From: Verrucomicrobiia bacterium
Lineage (GTDB): Bacteria > Verrucomicrobiota > Verrucomicrobiia > Limisphaerales > JAKPVM01
NCBI GenBank assembly: GCA_049968335.1
Contig: JBMFQZ010000020.1
Location: 3,394-67,393 of the forward strand
Length of the DNA: 64,000 nt
Direction of reading: 5' to 3'
The notes under the pieces are model-generated. The model had not been told where the DNA came from and searched no databases. It saw nothing but the letters and a program-made list of their open reading frames with translations. Positions within the stretch are counted from its first letter, which is position 1. Each line of letters starts with the position of its first letter. The translations under genes were made by a program, and so were the position numbers. This document shows positions 10,390 through 21,246 of the stretch, in pieces.

Positions 10390-10485
10390 GGGCAAAATAA
10401 ATTTATCGCGTCCGGGCAATTTGTGGAAAAAATTGCCATCTATGGTATGTTTTTCTAAAAAACCATAGAACACAAAGCAAGAATA

Positions 10486-11073
10486 ATGGTATTAGAAATT
10501 GTTAAATACGGTGATCCGGTATTGAGAAAGCCGGGGGAAAAGATTGAAAAAATTACGGCTGAAATCAAACAGCTTATTGATGATATGTTTGAAACAATGG
10601 CTGCAAATAATGGCGTAGGACTTGCAGCCCAACAGGTAGGTTACGCGCTCCAATTGATGGTTCTTGATATTAGAGAGGTTAAAGATAGACCTTCTACAAT
10701 AGAGATTGACGGAAAACCAGTTCCCCCGGAAAGTTTGATGCCGCTTGCGCTAATGAATCCGCAGGTTGCACCCCAAGGCGAACCAGAAAGCGGACCAGAA
10801 GGATGCCTGAGTTTTCCAGGAATCTATGCAGATATTATAAGACCTTCAAAAATCTCGGTAACCGCGATTAATCAGGATGGGAAAACTGTAAATTTTAGCT
10901 GCAGCGGGCTGCTCGCAAGGGCTATTCAACACGAACTTGACCACTTAAAAGGGGTGCTTTTCATCGACCGTATGAGCGCCGACACATTAGAAGAATTATC
11001 GCCTGACATTGAGAAAATCAAAAAAGAAACGATTTCAAAACAAAATAAGAAAAAATTGACTCGGACAAGATAA
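10486..11073 (+). CDS. def: Peptide deformylase
   Basis: GVGLAAQQVG, EGCLS and QHELDHL motifs. Confidence 0.96.
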   Translation: MVLEIVKYGDPVLRKPGEKIEKITAEIKQLIDDMFETMAANNGVGLAAQQVGYALQLMVLDIREVKDRPSTIEIDGKPVPPESLMPLALMNPQVAPQGEPESGPEGCLSFPGIYADIIRPSKISVTAINQDGKTVNFSCSGLLARAIQHELDHLKGVLFIDRMSADTLEELSPDIEKIKKETISKQNKKKLTRTR

Positions 11074-11126
11074 AAATCCAAGTTTCAAAAAAACTCAGTC
11101 GCCGCTAAAACAGAACAGGGGAAGGA

Positions 11127-12341
11127 TTATCTTACATCATTCGCGCTATTAGTTTTGTAAATTCGCGCAAGTCCCCCTTTTGCCGTTTCCCGATATAATG
11201 CAGGCAAGGCGTTTCCTGTTTCTTTCATCGCTTCAACAGATTGATCAAACGAGACACGATGAAATCCATCGGATAATAGCGCAAGTTGCGAGCAACTCAA
11301 TGCCCGGGTTGCGGCGTGGGCGTTGCGTTCAATGCAAGGGATTTGAACAAGCCCGTTTACCGGGTCGCAAGTTAACCCGAGATGGTGTTCAATCCCCATC
11401 TCAGCAGCGTATTCAATTTGATGAATTGAACCGCCATACAGCTGCGTTGCCGCGGCAGAAGCCATAGCGCAGGCAGCGCCAATTTCTCCCTGACAACCTA
11501 CCTCGGCGCCAGAAATGGAGGCGTTAAATTTCACAAAATTGCCTACAATCCCGGCTGTGGCAAGGGCTCTTAAAATGTCTTTTGTATTGAGCGAGAGTTT
11601 TTTATGAAGATATTTAAGCGCTGCTGGCAATACGCCGCTTGAACCGCAAGTTGGCGCGGTGACAACTTCCCCGCCGGCTGCGTTTTGCTCGGCAACGGCA
11701 TAGGCGTAGATCGCAATTTGGGCGTTTGGCTCCAGATTTGCGCCAAGCAACGATGTCTTTTTAAAAAGCGCTCGCGCTTTGCGGGCAACTCCTAATCCGC
11801 CCGGTAAAACGCCTTCTGACTCTAATCCGCTCTGAATGCTTGCCAGCATTTTTTGCCAGACGACTTCTAAATAATCCCATATTTCTTTGCCTTCATATTG
11901 CTCAACAATTTCCCAGAAACTTTGTCCGGACTTCTCGCAAATCTGGAGCAACTCAGTCATAGATTTAAACGGATAACAGGAGTGTTTGTTTTGCGGCGCT
12001 CCGTCCCAGATGGCGCCACCTCCAATGCTATAAACATTCCAGGTCTCAATCGCATTGCCTTGATTGTCCAGCGCTTCAAACCTCATCCCGTTTGGATGCA
12101 ACGGGAGTTCCTTTTCAGGCAACCAGAGTATTTCAAGTTTGCGATTGCCAAAACATCTCTGAAGCGCGATATCAGTCAAATGCCCTTTTCCAGTTGCCGC
12201 AAGGCTTCCATATAAATAAACCCGATATGCATAACTCTCAGGATGCCTTTGAAGAAATATATTAGCAGCCCGTTGCGGACCTATGGTGTGGCTGCTTGAC
12301 GGCCCGTTGCCAATGCGGAAAAGTTCGCGAATTGAATCCAT
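11127..12341 (-). CDS. sdaA: Fe-S L-serine dehydratase, single chain
   Basis: IG.GPSSSHT.GP, SLAATGKGH.TD, TAPTCG, GCQGEIG and HHLGLTCDP..GLVQIPCIERN motifs; start placed at MDSIRELF. Confidence 0.93.
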   Translation of the reverse strand: MDSIRELFRIGNGPSSSHTIGPQRAANIFLQRHPESYAYRVYLYGSLAATGKGHLTDIALQRCFGNRKLEILWLPEKELPLHPNGMRFEALDNQGNAIETWNVYSIGGGAIWDGAPQNKHSCYPFKSMTELLQICEKSGQSFWEIVEQYEGKEIWDYLEVVWQKMLASIQSGLESEGVLPGGLGVARKARALFKKTSLLGANLEPNAQIAIYAYAVAEQNAAGGEVVTAPTCGSSGVLPAALKYLHKKLSLNTKDILRALATAGIVGNFVKFNASISGAEVGCQGEIGAACAMASAAATQLYGGSIHQIEYAAEMGIEHHLGLTCDPVNGLVQIPCIERNAHAATRALSCSQLALLSDGFHRVSFDQSVEAMKETGNALPALYRETAKGGLARIYKTNSANDVR

Positions 12342-12499
12342 TTTATAAAAAGTAAACCGTTTAATATAAAAAACAAGGGGGTTAGAGCCGCAAAACAAGC
12401 AATATGCAGGCGGTTAGACCTGAAATCCAAAAAATTAAAAATTATTCTTGAATATTAACCAGAATTTGAGAATCTAATAAAAGTAAACGTTTTAAAGCT

Positions 12500-13894
12500 A
12501 TGAATATGACAATGATTAACAGGCGTAATTTTATTCGTTATTCAACACTGGCTTCTGCGGGAATTATTGCCGCCCCGTTTATAGTCCACGGACAAAACCT
12601 CAATGAAAAAATCCGCGTTGCTTGCATAGGCGTCGGCGGAAAAGGAGATAGCGATTGCGATGATTCTGCCCGTTGTGGCGGCGAGATCGTTGCTATTTGC
12701 GATGTTGACGAAAATACATTAAATCGCAAGGCCCAAAAATATCCGAACGCGAAGAAATATCGCGACTTCCGCAAGATGCTGGAAGAGATGGACAAACAGA
12801 TTGACGCGGTTACGGTTTCAACACCCGACCATGTTCACGGTGTTGCCGCAGGTATGGCGATGAAGATGGGTAAACACGTTTACTGCCAGAAACCGCTTGT
12901 GCAGACCGTTTGGGAAGCTCGTGAATTGCGCCGGCTTGCTAAAGAGAAGAATCTTGCCACACAGATGGGCAATCAGGGCAGCGCTGGTAGCGGGTTGCGT
13001 CGCGCTGTAGAAGTTATTCAAGCGGGCGTAATCGGACCGGTGCGTGAACTGCACGTCTGGTCAAATCGTCCAATTTGGCCTCAGGGGTTGAATCGTCCGG
13101 AAGGCGAAGACCCGGTGCCGCCGACGCTTGATTGGGATTTATGGCTCGGACCGGCTCAATTCAGACCATATAAGAAAGGCGTTTATCATCCATTTAACTG
13201 GCGCGGCTGGTATGACTTTGGCACTGGCGCTCTTGGCGATATGGCTTGCCACACGGTTAATATGCCGTTCAGGGCTTTAAAGATGGGCTATCCAACGGTT
13301 ATAGAAGTTGAAGAGACCTCGCAATTATATCCTGAGACATTCCCGAAGACCAGTCGGATTCGTTTTGAATTCCCGGCTCGCGAAGGTATGCCGCCGCTAA
13401 AATTCTGGTGGTACGATGGGAATCCGGGAGATAAAGAGGTCAAGGCGCTGCGTCCAAATCCTGATTTGACTAAGGAAATCGTTGATATGCGCGGCTCCTT
13501 GCCGGGCAGCGGCTGTCTTTTGATCGGCGACAAAGGCAAGATTTTCTCGCCGGACGATTATGGTTCTCAATTCTACATTGTTCTCAAAGGCGAAGAGGGG
13601 TACAAGTCCGGGAACGACCATGAAGCCTGCAAAGCCGTTCCGCAGAGTATACCGCGTTCACCGGGGCATAATCAGGAATGGTTTGATATGATCAAAGACC
13701 GCAAGAAGGTTGCTTATTCAAACTTTGAAATCGCAGGCTATCTTACCGAGATCATTCTTCTTGGATGCGTGGCGTTGCGCGTCGGCGTCGGCAAAAAGAT
13801 GGAATGGGACGGACCAAAGATGCTGTCTCCGAACCAGAAAGCTGCGGCTCAATATGTAAAGCGCACCTACCGTTCTGGATGGTCACTATTATAA
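12500..13894 (+). CDS. Tat-exported Gfo/Idh/MocA oxidoreductase
   Basis: NRRNF Tat motif; STPDH.H, YCQKPL, TQMGNQ and GALGDM.CH motifs. Confidence 0.9.
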   Translation: MNMTMINRRNFIRYSTLASAGIIAAPFIVHGQNLNEKIRVACIGVGGKGDSDCDDSARCGGEIVAICDVDENTLNRKAQKYPNAKKYRDFRKMLEEMDKQIDAVTVSTPDHVHGVAAGMAMKMGKHVYCQKPLVQTVWEARELRRLAKEKNLATQMGNQGSAGSGLRRAVEVIQAGVIGPVRELHVWSNRPIWPQGLNRPEGEDPVPPTLDWDLWLGPAQFRPYKKGVYHPFNWRGWYDFGTGALGDMACHTVNMPFRALKMGYPTVIEVEETSQLYPETFPKTSRIRFEFPAREGMPPLKFWWYDGNPGDKEVKALRPNPDLTKEIVDMRGSLPGSGCLLIGDKGKIFSPDDYGSQFYIVLKGEEGYKSGNDHEACKAVPQSIPRSPGHNQEWFDMIKDRKKVAYSNFEIAGYLTEIILLGCVALRVGVGKKMEWDGPKMLSPNQKAAAQYVKRTYRSGWSLL

Positions 13895-13935
13895 TTGCTA
13901 TTATTAGCCGCTAAGGAATAAAAGGGTGGGTTTTT

Positions 13936-13967
13936 AAAATGGTCGGGCTTTTGCCCGACCATTTTTT
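13936..13967 (+). terminator. Intrinsic terminator
   Basis: AAAATGGTCGGGC-tttt-GCCCGACCATTTT followed by a T-run, just after the oxidoreductase. Confidence 0.8.
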
Positions 13968-13970
13968 ATA

Positions 13971-14009
13971 AAAACAAAAAGAAAACGGCGCGGTTTTTCG
14001 CGCCGTTTC
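13971..14009 (-). terminator. Intrinsic terminator for fba
   Basis: AAACGGCGCG/CGCGCCGTTT stem with an A-rich tract on its left (U-tract on the minus strand). Confidence 0.75.
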
Positions 14010-14029
14010 TGTGAATTATTTAAAAATGA

Positions 14030-14992
14030 TTAATCAAAAGCATGCCCGCCGCAGCCGAGCACGTCTCTGACCTTGTGTCTGACAAGTTCTTTAACTTTCA
14101 AACGAGCCGGACCGAGGTATTTGCGCGGGTCAAACTCTTCCGGTTTTTCAACAAAGACCTTTCTTATACCTGCTGTTAGCGCAAGCCGCAAGTCTGTGTC
14201 AATGTTAACCTTAGTTACGCCGTTACGACGGGCTTCCTGAATGTCTTCCTCTGGAACGCCTGCGGCATTAATGATTTTGCCGCCGTATTTATTGATTTCA
14301 GTAACAAGTTCGGCTGGCACGCTTGAAGCGCCATGAAGGACTAATGGATAATCGCCGAGCCCGGCATCCTTCAAAGCCTTCTTAATCTCTCGCAGTCTCT
14401 CCATATCCAGCCGTTGATTGCCCTTAAATTTGTAGGCGCCGTGCGAATTTCCAATCGCCACTGCCAGAGAATCAACACCGGACTCTTTCACAAACCTAAC
14501 TGCGTCTTGCGGGTCTGTATAGACGCCCTTTGCAGAGGTTTTGCCCCCCTCTTCACCGGCGTCAAATTGCGCTCCGACCAATTTCCCTAATTCGCCCTCC
14601 ACAACGCAGCCGTGTTTGTGCGCGTATTCCACAACTTTACGGCAAATCTCAACGTTTTTCTCAAATGGCTCATGACTTGCGTCAATCATTACACTTGTAA
14701 ATCCCTCATCGATACATTCTTTGCACAGTTCAAAACTATCGCCATGATCAAGATGGACTGCAATAGGAATGTTTGAGAGGCTGACAGCGGCTTCAATCAG
14801 TTTTTTCAGATAAACAGGATTGGCATACTGCCGCGCCCCCTTTGAAATCTGAAGTATCAACGGGGATTTTTCCTCTTCGCAGGCTTCAACGATTGCCTGC
14901 ACAAGCTCCATATTATTAACGTTAAATGCGCCAATGGCATACTTGCCTTTAAGCGCCTTGGCGAACAATTGTGTTGTTGTCGTTAATGGCAT
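14030..14992 (-). CDS. fba: Class II fructose-1,6-bisphosphate aldolase
   Basis: AFNVNN.E, HLDHG, SVMIDAS, AIGNSHGAYK, LVLHGASSV, K.NIDTD.R and FDPRKYL motifs. Confidence 0.95.
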   Translation of the reverse strand: MPLTTTTQLFAKALKGKYAIGAFNVNNMELVQAIVEACEEEKSPLILQISKGARQYANPVYLKKLIEAAVSLSNIPIAVHLDHGDSFELCKECIDEGFTSVMIDASHEPFEKNVEICRKVVEYAHKHGCVVEGELGKLVGAQFDAGEEGGKTSAKGVYTDPQDAVRFVKESGVDSLAVAIGNSHGAYKFKGNQRLDMERLREIKKALKDAGLGDYPLVLHGASSVPAELVTEINKYGGKIINAAGVPEEDIQEARRNGVTKVNIDTDLRLALTAGIRKVFVEKPEEFDPRKYLGPARLKVKELVRHKVRDVLGCGGHAFD

Positions 14993-15198
14993 ATTTCAAC
15001 CTCAAGTTTATGTTTTAATTTAACTAACTAACTAAAAGTTTATATAAAACTTCAAAAAGTTAAATAAAAATTTTCAAATAATTAACCCAAATCATTAGAC
15101 CGTGTTCCTTAACATTCTTATTGATAGGATGTTATAAATAAAGGATTCTTATATCCATATTAAATTAATGCAGCCAAATTAAATTTGAATCCTTTACA

Positions 15199-17139
15199 TC
15201 AATCCGCTACTCTCTGGTATAAATTTTCTTTCCAGCCGTCTGCAGGACGGCTAAATCCTTGTTGCTGAACCCATACGGTCTGTTTTGATCTTCCTCTGTT
15301 TGCGAGGGCGTAAAAGGGGATAGCAAAACAATTGCCACCGTCAGACTTTTTCCCGATCACAACCGCAACTCCGTTCAACAGATTTTCTCTAAAAGAGACC
15401 TCAAAGCCGGGTTCTTTTGCAAGCGTGATATTTGAGACCTCGCCCTGATTATCTATAGATTCAAACCCGTAAACCAGCGGTCCGCGCTGAATCGCAACCC
15501 GACCTTCATTATTTTTTACCTCAGGATGAGCCGCAATTCGCTCAACCGGCATAGGAAATTCAATTTCAACTCTATCACCCTGTTTTTTCCACTTGCGACT
15601 AATCCAGACATAGCCATCGCTGCGGCGGGTTTCCTTTAATAAATCTCCATTCAGTTTAAGGCTAAATGACCTTGTCCAGTCGGGGATTCTAAATTTTACA
15701 GTAAATTCTCCCTCCCTTTCTGGGGAGAAAACCAGATTTACTTTGCCGTTCCAGGGATACTCTGTGGTCTGGGTTACGACAACAGAGTTGTTTTTGATAT
15801 TTATTCGCGCCTTGCTTCCGATGTATAGATTTACATAAATTGAATCATAAGAATAAGCGTAGATATATTCCTGAAACCGCAGCAATGTTCTGGAAATGTT
15901 TGGCGGGCAGCATACCCAGCAATTATCGCGTAGATGGTTTTCATCCGTTAACGGATTAGTGTAATAAGAATTTGTTCCGTCAAGCGAAATTCCGTGCAAT
16001 AGAGCGTTATAGAGCGTTCGTTCAAGGATATCAATGGAGGATGAATTGCCATCCATTCTGAACATACTGAAGGCAAAATTCACGAGTCCGCACGCAGCGC
16101 ACGACTCTGCATAACCGTTTCTGTTTGGAAGAAAATAATCCGGACCAAATCCTTCGTCCTCTTTTTGCGAGCCAACGCCCCCTGTGATGTACATTTTCTT
16201 CTTTGTAGCGCTTGCAAATAGCCGCCTTGCGGTCTCTTTTAACCCTTCATCGTTCGTTTCAATGGCGGTATCGGCTATTCCGGTGGCGTAAAAGATAGCC
16301 CTAACGGCATGACCGGTAATTTCATTTAACTGGCGCGCCGGTAGATGGTCCATAAAATAACTGCGCGGGGTTGTGGAGCTGTATTTCCAGGGTTTGCCGC
16401 GCCGTTCAATCCAGTTCAATGAAAGGTCAAGATACCGTTTTTCGCCAGTTACCCGGTAAAGCCTGACGAGGGCAAGTTCAAGCTCGCTGTGTCCGCAAAC
16501 ACCTTCGTGGTTCTCTATTATGAAATAGTTGTAAATATGGTCGGCGAGTTTCCTTGCGATGTTGAGGAAGTTTGTTTTTCCAGTGCAAAGATAGTGCGCG
16601 ACTGCGGCTTCAATCAGATGCCCGGCAACATATCCATCGTGCTGCCCGTCAAGATTTGCCCAGGGGGTCATCTTTCTAACCGTGATTAACGCATTGACAT
16701 AGCCGTTTGGCTGCTGAGCGGCGCTGATAGCCGAGATTATATAATCAACCTTATCATTAAGAGCTGGATTGTTCTCTTGACCGAGGGAATAAGCGCAGGT
16801 TTCAAGAACTTTATGCAAATTTGCCTGATTCCACGGCGTATCTTTTCCGCGCGGTATATTTTTCCATCCTGCGGCGATCTCATTATCTTCAATCTCTTTT
16901 TGAACATATTGCCAGGAGTGCGGGATAGTTCGTTCACGATATACCTTTTGTTTTGGAGACCAGAAGTTATCGGTTATAGTTACATTGACGAACGGGACCG
17001 GTTTGCGTTCAGAGCGTGTTATTTCTGCCGGCGGTATCGCTCCCTCTGCTGTGAACAGATCGATCTTTTCAAAACCGATTGTTGCAAAGGCAATTACGGC
17101 TATGAACATTAAAGACCATCTTGATTTTATATAGCTCAT
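15199..17139 (-). CDS. GH127 beta-L-arabinofuranosidase-like protein, secreted
   Basis: GH.E.E.AL, GHAVRA.Y, YAESCAA, CCPPN and Y.W.G motifs; signal peptide. Confidence 0.88.
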   Translation of the reverse strand: MSYIKSRWSLMFIAVIAFATIGFEKIDLFTAEGAIPPAEITRSERKPVPFVNVTITDNFWSPKQKVYRERTIPHSWQYVQKEIEDNEIAAGWKNIPRGKDTPWNQANLHKVLETCAYSLGQENNPALNDKVDYIISAISAAQQPNGYVNALITVRKMTPWANLDGQHDGYVAGHLIEAAVAHYLCTGKTNFLNIARKLADHIYNYFIIENHEGVCGHSELELALVRLYRVTGEKRYLDLSLNWIERRGKPWKYSSTTPRSYFMDHLPARQLNEITGHAVRAIFYATGIADTAIETNDEGLKETARRLFASATKKKMYITGGVGSQKEDEGFGPDYFLPNRNGYAESCAACGLVNFAFSMFRMDGNSSSIDILERTLYNALLHGISLDGTNSYYTNPLTDENHLRDNCWVCCPPNISRTLLRFQEYIYAYSYDSIYVNLYIGSKARINIKNNSVVVTQTTEYPWNGKVNLVFSPEREGEFTVKFRIPDWTRSFSLKLNGDLLKETRRSDGYVWISRKWKKQGDRVEIEFPMPVERIAAHPEVKNNEGRVAIQRGPLVYGFESIDNQGEVSNITLAKEPGFEVSFRENLLNGVAVVIGKKSDGGNCFAIPFYALANRGRSKQTVWVQQQGFSRPADGWKENLYQRVAD

Positions 17140-17232
17140 TTTAGTTAGTCTATATATTGACAGACGGATTAATAGGGAAAAATATTTAATGCGGATTAAT
17201 AAATTCCATTTTCATAATTAGTTGTTCAACCT

Positions 17233-17285
17233 TCACAAAGCGGTGTTGCGACCGCGCGTGCGGTTTTACCACAGCAGTCCAAAAA
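17233..17285 (+). repeat. REP-like element, family A
   Basis: TCACAAAGCGGTGTTGCG...ACCACAGCAGTCCAAAAA. Confidence 0.7.
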
Positions 17286-17293
17286 TATTAGGT

Positions 17294-17330
17294 AAAAAAG
17301 CGCCGTCGGAAATGTTTTCCCGACGGCGCT
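17294..17330 (-). terminator. Intrinsic terminator after the sugar kinase
   Basis: AGCGCCGTCGG/CCGACGGCGCT stem with an A6 tract on its left. Confidence 0.8.
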
Positions 17331-17387
17331 ATTTAACAGCAGGGGCTAAATAATCTGTTAGCCGCCATTTAATTAGAGGTTCAACTT

Positions 17388-18473
17388 TTATCTCTGAATT
17401 CTTGCTGAACCGCCTTTTGCGAAAGATTGAACCTGTTCAAGTGTTGCCATTGTAGTATCGCCGGGGAATGTGGTTAGTAATGCTCCGTGAGCCCAGCCCA
17501 TCTTTACCGCCTCCATTTCATCTAAACCGCTCAAAAGTCCGTAGAAAAAGCCTGCGGCAAAACCGTCGCCGCCGCCTACGCGGTCATAGACGTCAAGTTC
17601 GCACGTTGGAGCCTGATAGGTTTTTCCATTTATCCAGGCAATAGCGCTCCAGCTGTGACGGTTAGTGGAGTGGACCTCTCTTAACGTTGTCGCCACTACC
17701 TTGACATTCGGGAACTGCTTGACGGTTGATTCAATCATCGCAATGAAAACCGTCGGGTCAAGTTTTGATTTGCCCGCAACGTCCGGACCGGGGATTCCGA
17801 GTCCTTTTTGCAAATCTTCCTCGTTTCCTACAAGCACATCCACATAACTGACGATCTTTCTTAATACAGATGTTGCCCGGTTAATGCCGCCGGAGACCTT
17901 CCAGAGTTTTTCCCGATAATTGAGGTCAAACGACGTTATCGCGCCAGCGGCTTTTGCCGCCTGCATTGCTTCAATAATGAGGTCTGCTGTTGTCTCAGAT
18001 AGCGCCGCAAATATGCCGCCGCTGTGGAACCACCGCACGCCTTCGGAGAAAATCTCTTTCCAGTTAAAATCGCCGGGTTTTAAGAAAGATGCGGCTTCGT
18101 TTGAACGATTGTAAAAGACTACCGGGGCTCTGGCGCCAAAGCCGCGGTCGCTATAGACTGTAGCCATATTCGGTCCGCGCACGCCATCGTGTTCAAAATA
18201 TTTGTAATACGGTTTTACTCCCATCGCTCTCACCCGTTCGGCGATAAGGTCGCCAATCGGATATTTAACCATTGCTGTTGCAATACCGGTCTTTAACCTG
18301 AAACAATCGGATAGATTTGCCGCAACATTGTATTCACCGCCGCTGACGTGGATAAGGCATTCGGTCGCCTTTCGGAACGGCACAATGCCGGGGTCTAACC
18401 GATGCACAAGCGCTCCGAGCGAAAGCAAATCTAATGAACCCTTCTCTAGAATGTTTAATCCGTATTTATTCAT
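17388..18473 (-). CDS. PfkB sugar kinase, 2-keto-3-deoxygluconate kinase-like
   Basis: GGEYNVA, HSGGIF.AL, SFDLNYR.KLW, GNEED and DRVGGGDGFA motifs. Confidence 0.85.
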   Translation of the reverse strand: MNKYGLNILEKGSLDLLSLGALVHRLDPGIVPFRKATECLIHVSGGEYNVAANLSDCFRLKTGIATAMVKYPIGDLIAERVRAMGVKPYYKYFEHDGVRGPNMATVYSDRGFGARAPVVFYNRSNEAASFLKPGDFNWKEIFSEGVRWFHSGGIFAALSETTADLIIEAMQAAKAAGAITSFDLNYREKLWKVSGGINRATSVLRKIVSYVDVLVGNEEDLQKGLGIPGPDVAGKSKLDPTVFIAMIESTVKQFPNVKVVATTLREVHSTNRHSWSAIAWINGKTYQAPTCELDVYDRVGGGDGFAAGFFYGLLSGLDEMEAVKMGWAHGALLTTFPGDTTMATLEQVQSFAKGGSARIQR

Positions 18474-18737
18474 AATCTCTATTCAGTTTTAATGTTTAAT
18501 TGATTATCTAATTTTTTCAGTTTAACCATATATAACAGCGATAAAGATTAAACAAGCATAAATCATTGAGAGAAAAATATGGTCAGGTTGCCCTGTAATG
18601 CGATGCCAGCGAAATCTTTTTCCTTATACTCTCAGGAATGCGAGCAACGCTATCGTCATTGCCAGTAATTCAATCTATATTCAGCAAAAAGAAAACCAGT
18701 TTGACCGACCAGGATTTATCGGGTAAAAAACAGTGGT

Positions 18738-19706
18738 ATGAAAATCAATCAAATAATCGCGCTTGGTTCTGCTTTAATTTTCTTAACAGGGATATTTTTT
18801 GTTACCGGGTGCAAACAAAATGAGGGTCAAAAATCTAAAAAGCCGAGAATTGCCTTGATAATGAAATCGCTTGCAAACGAGTTTTTTCAAACAATGGAAA
18901 ACGGGGCAAAAGAACATCAGCGGCAACATCAGGATGAATATGAATTAATAGCAAATGGAATAAAGGACGAACTTGATGTGAGCCGTCAGATTGACCTTGT
19001 TGAGCAAATGGTCTCGCAAAGGGTGGATGCCATTGTGATTGCGCCAGCAGATTCAAAGGCGTTAGTCCCTGTATGTAAAAAGGCGCAACAGGCGGGGATT
19101 GTGGTTATTAACATTGACAATAAGTTTGACGATGAGGTGCTTGCGCAGAACGGAGTAAAATTCCCGTTTGTCGGACCGAACAACAGAACAGGGGCGAAAA
19201 AAGTGGCTGAATATGCGGCTAAACGGCTTAAACCTGGAGACAATGTTGTAATTATTGAAGGGGCGCCTAATGCTTTTAATGCAATTCAAAGAAAACTCGG
19301 ATTTCAAGACGCTATCACTGAGGGAAAGTTAAACCTTGTCAGTTCACAATCCGGATACTGGGAAACTGATAAGGCGAATAAAGTGGCATCGGCAATCATC
19401 ACAGAACATCCAGATATCAAGGCTATTTTTTGCGCAAATGATAGTATGGCGATCGGGGTTGTTGCCGCCTTGCGCGACGCTGGAAAACTCGGCAAGGTAT
19501 TGGTTGCCGGATACGACAATATCTCGGCGGCGCAACAGCTGTTAAAAGAGGGGAAAATAATCGCCACAGCAGACCAGCACGCCGATAAACTCGCGGTCTA
19601 CGGCATTGAATACGCAATAAAAATTCTCAAGGAAAAAATTGTCCCTAACGATTTTGAAACCCCTGTGGATTTAATTACATCCGAAACTCTGGCAGGCGGA
19701 AAATAG
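18738..19706 (+). CDS. rbsB: Sugar (ribose-like) ABC transporter substrate-binding lipoprotein
   Basis: Lipobox VTGC; SLANEFF, R..GF, ANDSMA.G and GYD motifs; first gene of an operon ending in ribokinase. Confidence 0.8.
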   Translation: MKINQIIALGSALIFLTGIFFVTGCKQNEGQKSKKPRIALIMKSLANEFFQTMENGAKEHQRQHQDEYELIANGIKDELDVSRQIDLVEQMVSQRVDAIVIAPADSKALVPVCKKAQQAGIVVINIDNKFDDEVLAQNGVKFPFVGPNNRTGAKKVAEYAAKRLKPGDNVVIIEGAPNAFNAIQRKLGFQDAITEGKLNLVSSQSGYWETDKANKVASAIITEHPDIKAIFCANDSMAIGVVAALRDAGKLGKVLVAGYDNISAAQQLLKEGKIIATADQHADKLAVYGIEYAIKILKEKIVPNDFETPVDLITSETLAGGK

Positions 19707-21245
19707 ATGAGTGCTAACGGCAAAGTCCTGTTAAAGATTCAAAACATTTGCAAAAGTTATGCCGCGCCAGCGGTTTGCGATGTTTCGCTTGAGATTAAAA
19801 GAGGCGAGGTACACGCGATTGTTGGCGAAAACGGCGCGGGAAAAAGCACGCTCTGCCGCATAATCGCTGGCATTGTTAAACCTGATTCAGGAGAAATGTT
19901 TTTCAATAACTCGCCATATCAGCCTTTAAACAAACGGGATGCAGAACAGAAAGGCGTTAGGATGGTGATGCAAGAACTCAATGTTATTCCGACGTTAAAT
20001 GTCGCCGAAAATATATTTTTTACAGACCTGCCGCATAAATTCGGAATCATAAACTACAGATTGCTTCTGGAAAACTCAAAAAGACTGTTGCAACAGGTTG
20101 GGCTGGATAATATTACGCCGATAACGCCGGTTTCAAGCCTTTCGGTTGCCCAGCAACAACTTGTTGAAATTGCCGCAGGTCTATCTAAAAACTGCTCCCT
20201 GCTCATCCTTGACGAGCCGACAGCGGCGCTTACGGAGCGCGAAATAGAAAACCTTTTCAGACAGATAGGAAAACTCAAATCTGCGGGAACTTCCATTATT
20301 TACGTCTCACACAGGCTTGAAGAGGTGATGCGGATAAGTGACACAATAACGGTGTTACGAGATGGGAAACTCGTTTCAACAAAACCAGCAGTAGAATGCG
20401 CTCTTGATGAAATTATCCGCTTGATGGTTGGACGTGAATTGAAAGAAATGCCGCGCAAGAGGGGATGCGGTAACGAAAAAATATTAATGCGGGTTGAGAG
20501 TATAACCACAAAAAATGGGGTAAAGAACGTTTCATTTGAATTAAGAGAGGGGGAAATTCTCGGCTTTGCCGGGCTTATGGGATCAGGCAGAACAGAACTA
20601 ATCCGGGCTATTTTTGGCGCAGACCGTTGCGAATCGGGCAATATATTTTTGCGTGGTTCAGACAAACCTATCGCGATAAACACTCCACGGGACGCCGTCA
20701 AACACGGCATAGCAATGCTTCCCGAAAATCGCAAAGAACAGGGACTTTTCCTACCGCTTTCCGTAAAGTTAAATATCACGATAAATAATCTAAAGAGCCT
20801 TTGCAAAATGCCGTCGTTAATCAATTATGACGAAGAGATGAACATTGCCGCGATGTGGCGCGAAGCGCTGTCTATAAAATCCGCTTCGCTTGAACAGCCA
20901 GTGGTTGAATTGAGCGGTGGAAATCAGCAAAAAGTTTTGCTCGCGCGCTGGCTGCTTAAAAATTGCGACATATTGATAATGGACGAGCCGACGCGCGGCA
21001 TAGATGTGGGCGCAAAGTTTGACATATACAATCTTGTTGCCGAACTTGCCGGACAAGGGAAAGGGATAATCTTTGTTTCATCGGATTTAAAGGAATTGTT
21101 TACGGTATGCGACAGGATTGCCGTAATGTCGGCCGGGTCGCTTGCGGGAATTTTTTCAAAAGCAGAATGGTCGGAAGAGAAAATTATGTCAGCCGCCCTC
21201 AGCGGCTATTTGAAAGAACAGAAATGCCAGTCTCACAAGGGTTAA
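19707..21245 (+). CDS. rbsA: Sugar ABC transporter ATPase (two NBDs)
   Basis: GENGAGKST, LDEPT, LSGGNQQK and DEPTRGIDVGAK motifs. Confidence 0.88.
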   Translation: MSANGKVLLKIQNICKSYAAPAVCDVSLEIKRGEVHAIVGENGAGKSTLCRIIAGIVKPDSGEMFFNNSPYQPLNKRDAEQKGVRMVMQELNVIPTLNVAENIFFTDLPHKFGIINYRLLLENSKRLLQQVGLDNITPITPVSSLSVAQQQLVEIAAGLSKNCSLLILDEPTAALTEREIENLFRQIGKLKSAGTSIIYVSHRLEEVMRISDTITVLRDGKLVSTKPAVECALDEIIRLMVGRELKEMPRKRGCGNEKILMRVESITTKNGVKNVSFELREGEILGFAGLMGSGRTELIRAIFGADRCESGNIFLRGSDKPIAINTPRDAVKHGIAMLPENRKEQGLFLPLSVKLNITINNLKSLCKMPSLINYDEEMNIAAMWREALSIKSASLEQPVVELSGGNQQKVLLARWLLKNCDILIMDEPTRGIDVGAKFDIYNLVAELAGQGKGIIFVSSDLKELFTVCDRIAVMSAGSLAGIFSKAEWSEEKIMSAALSGYLKEQKCQSHKG

Positions 21246-21246
21246 T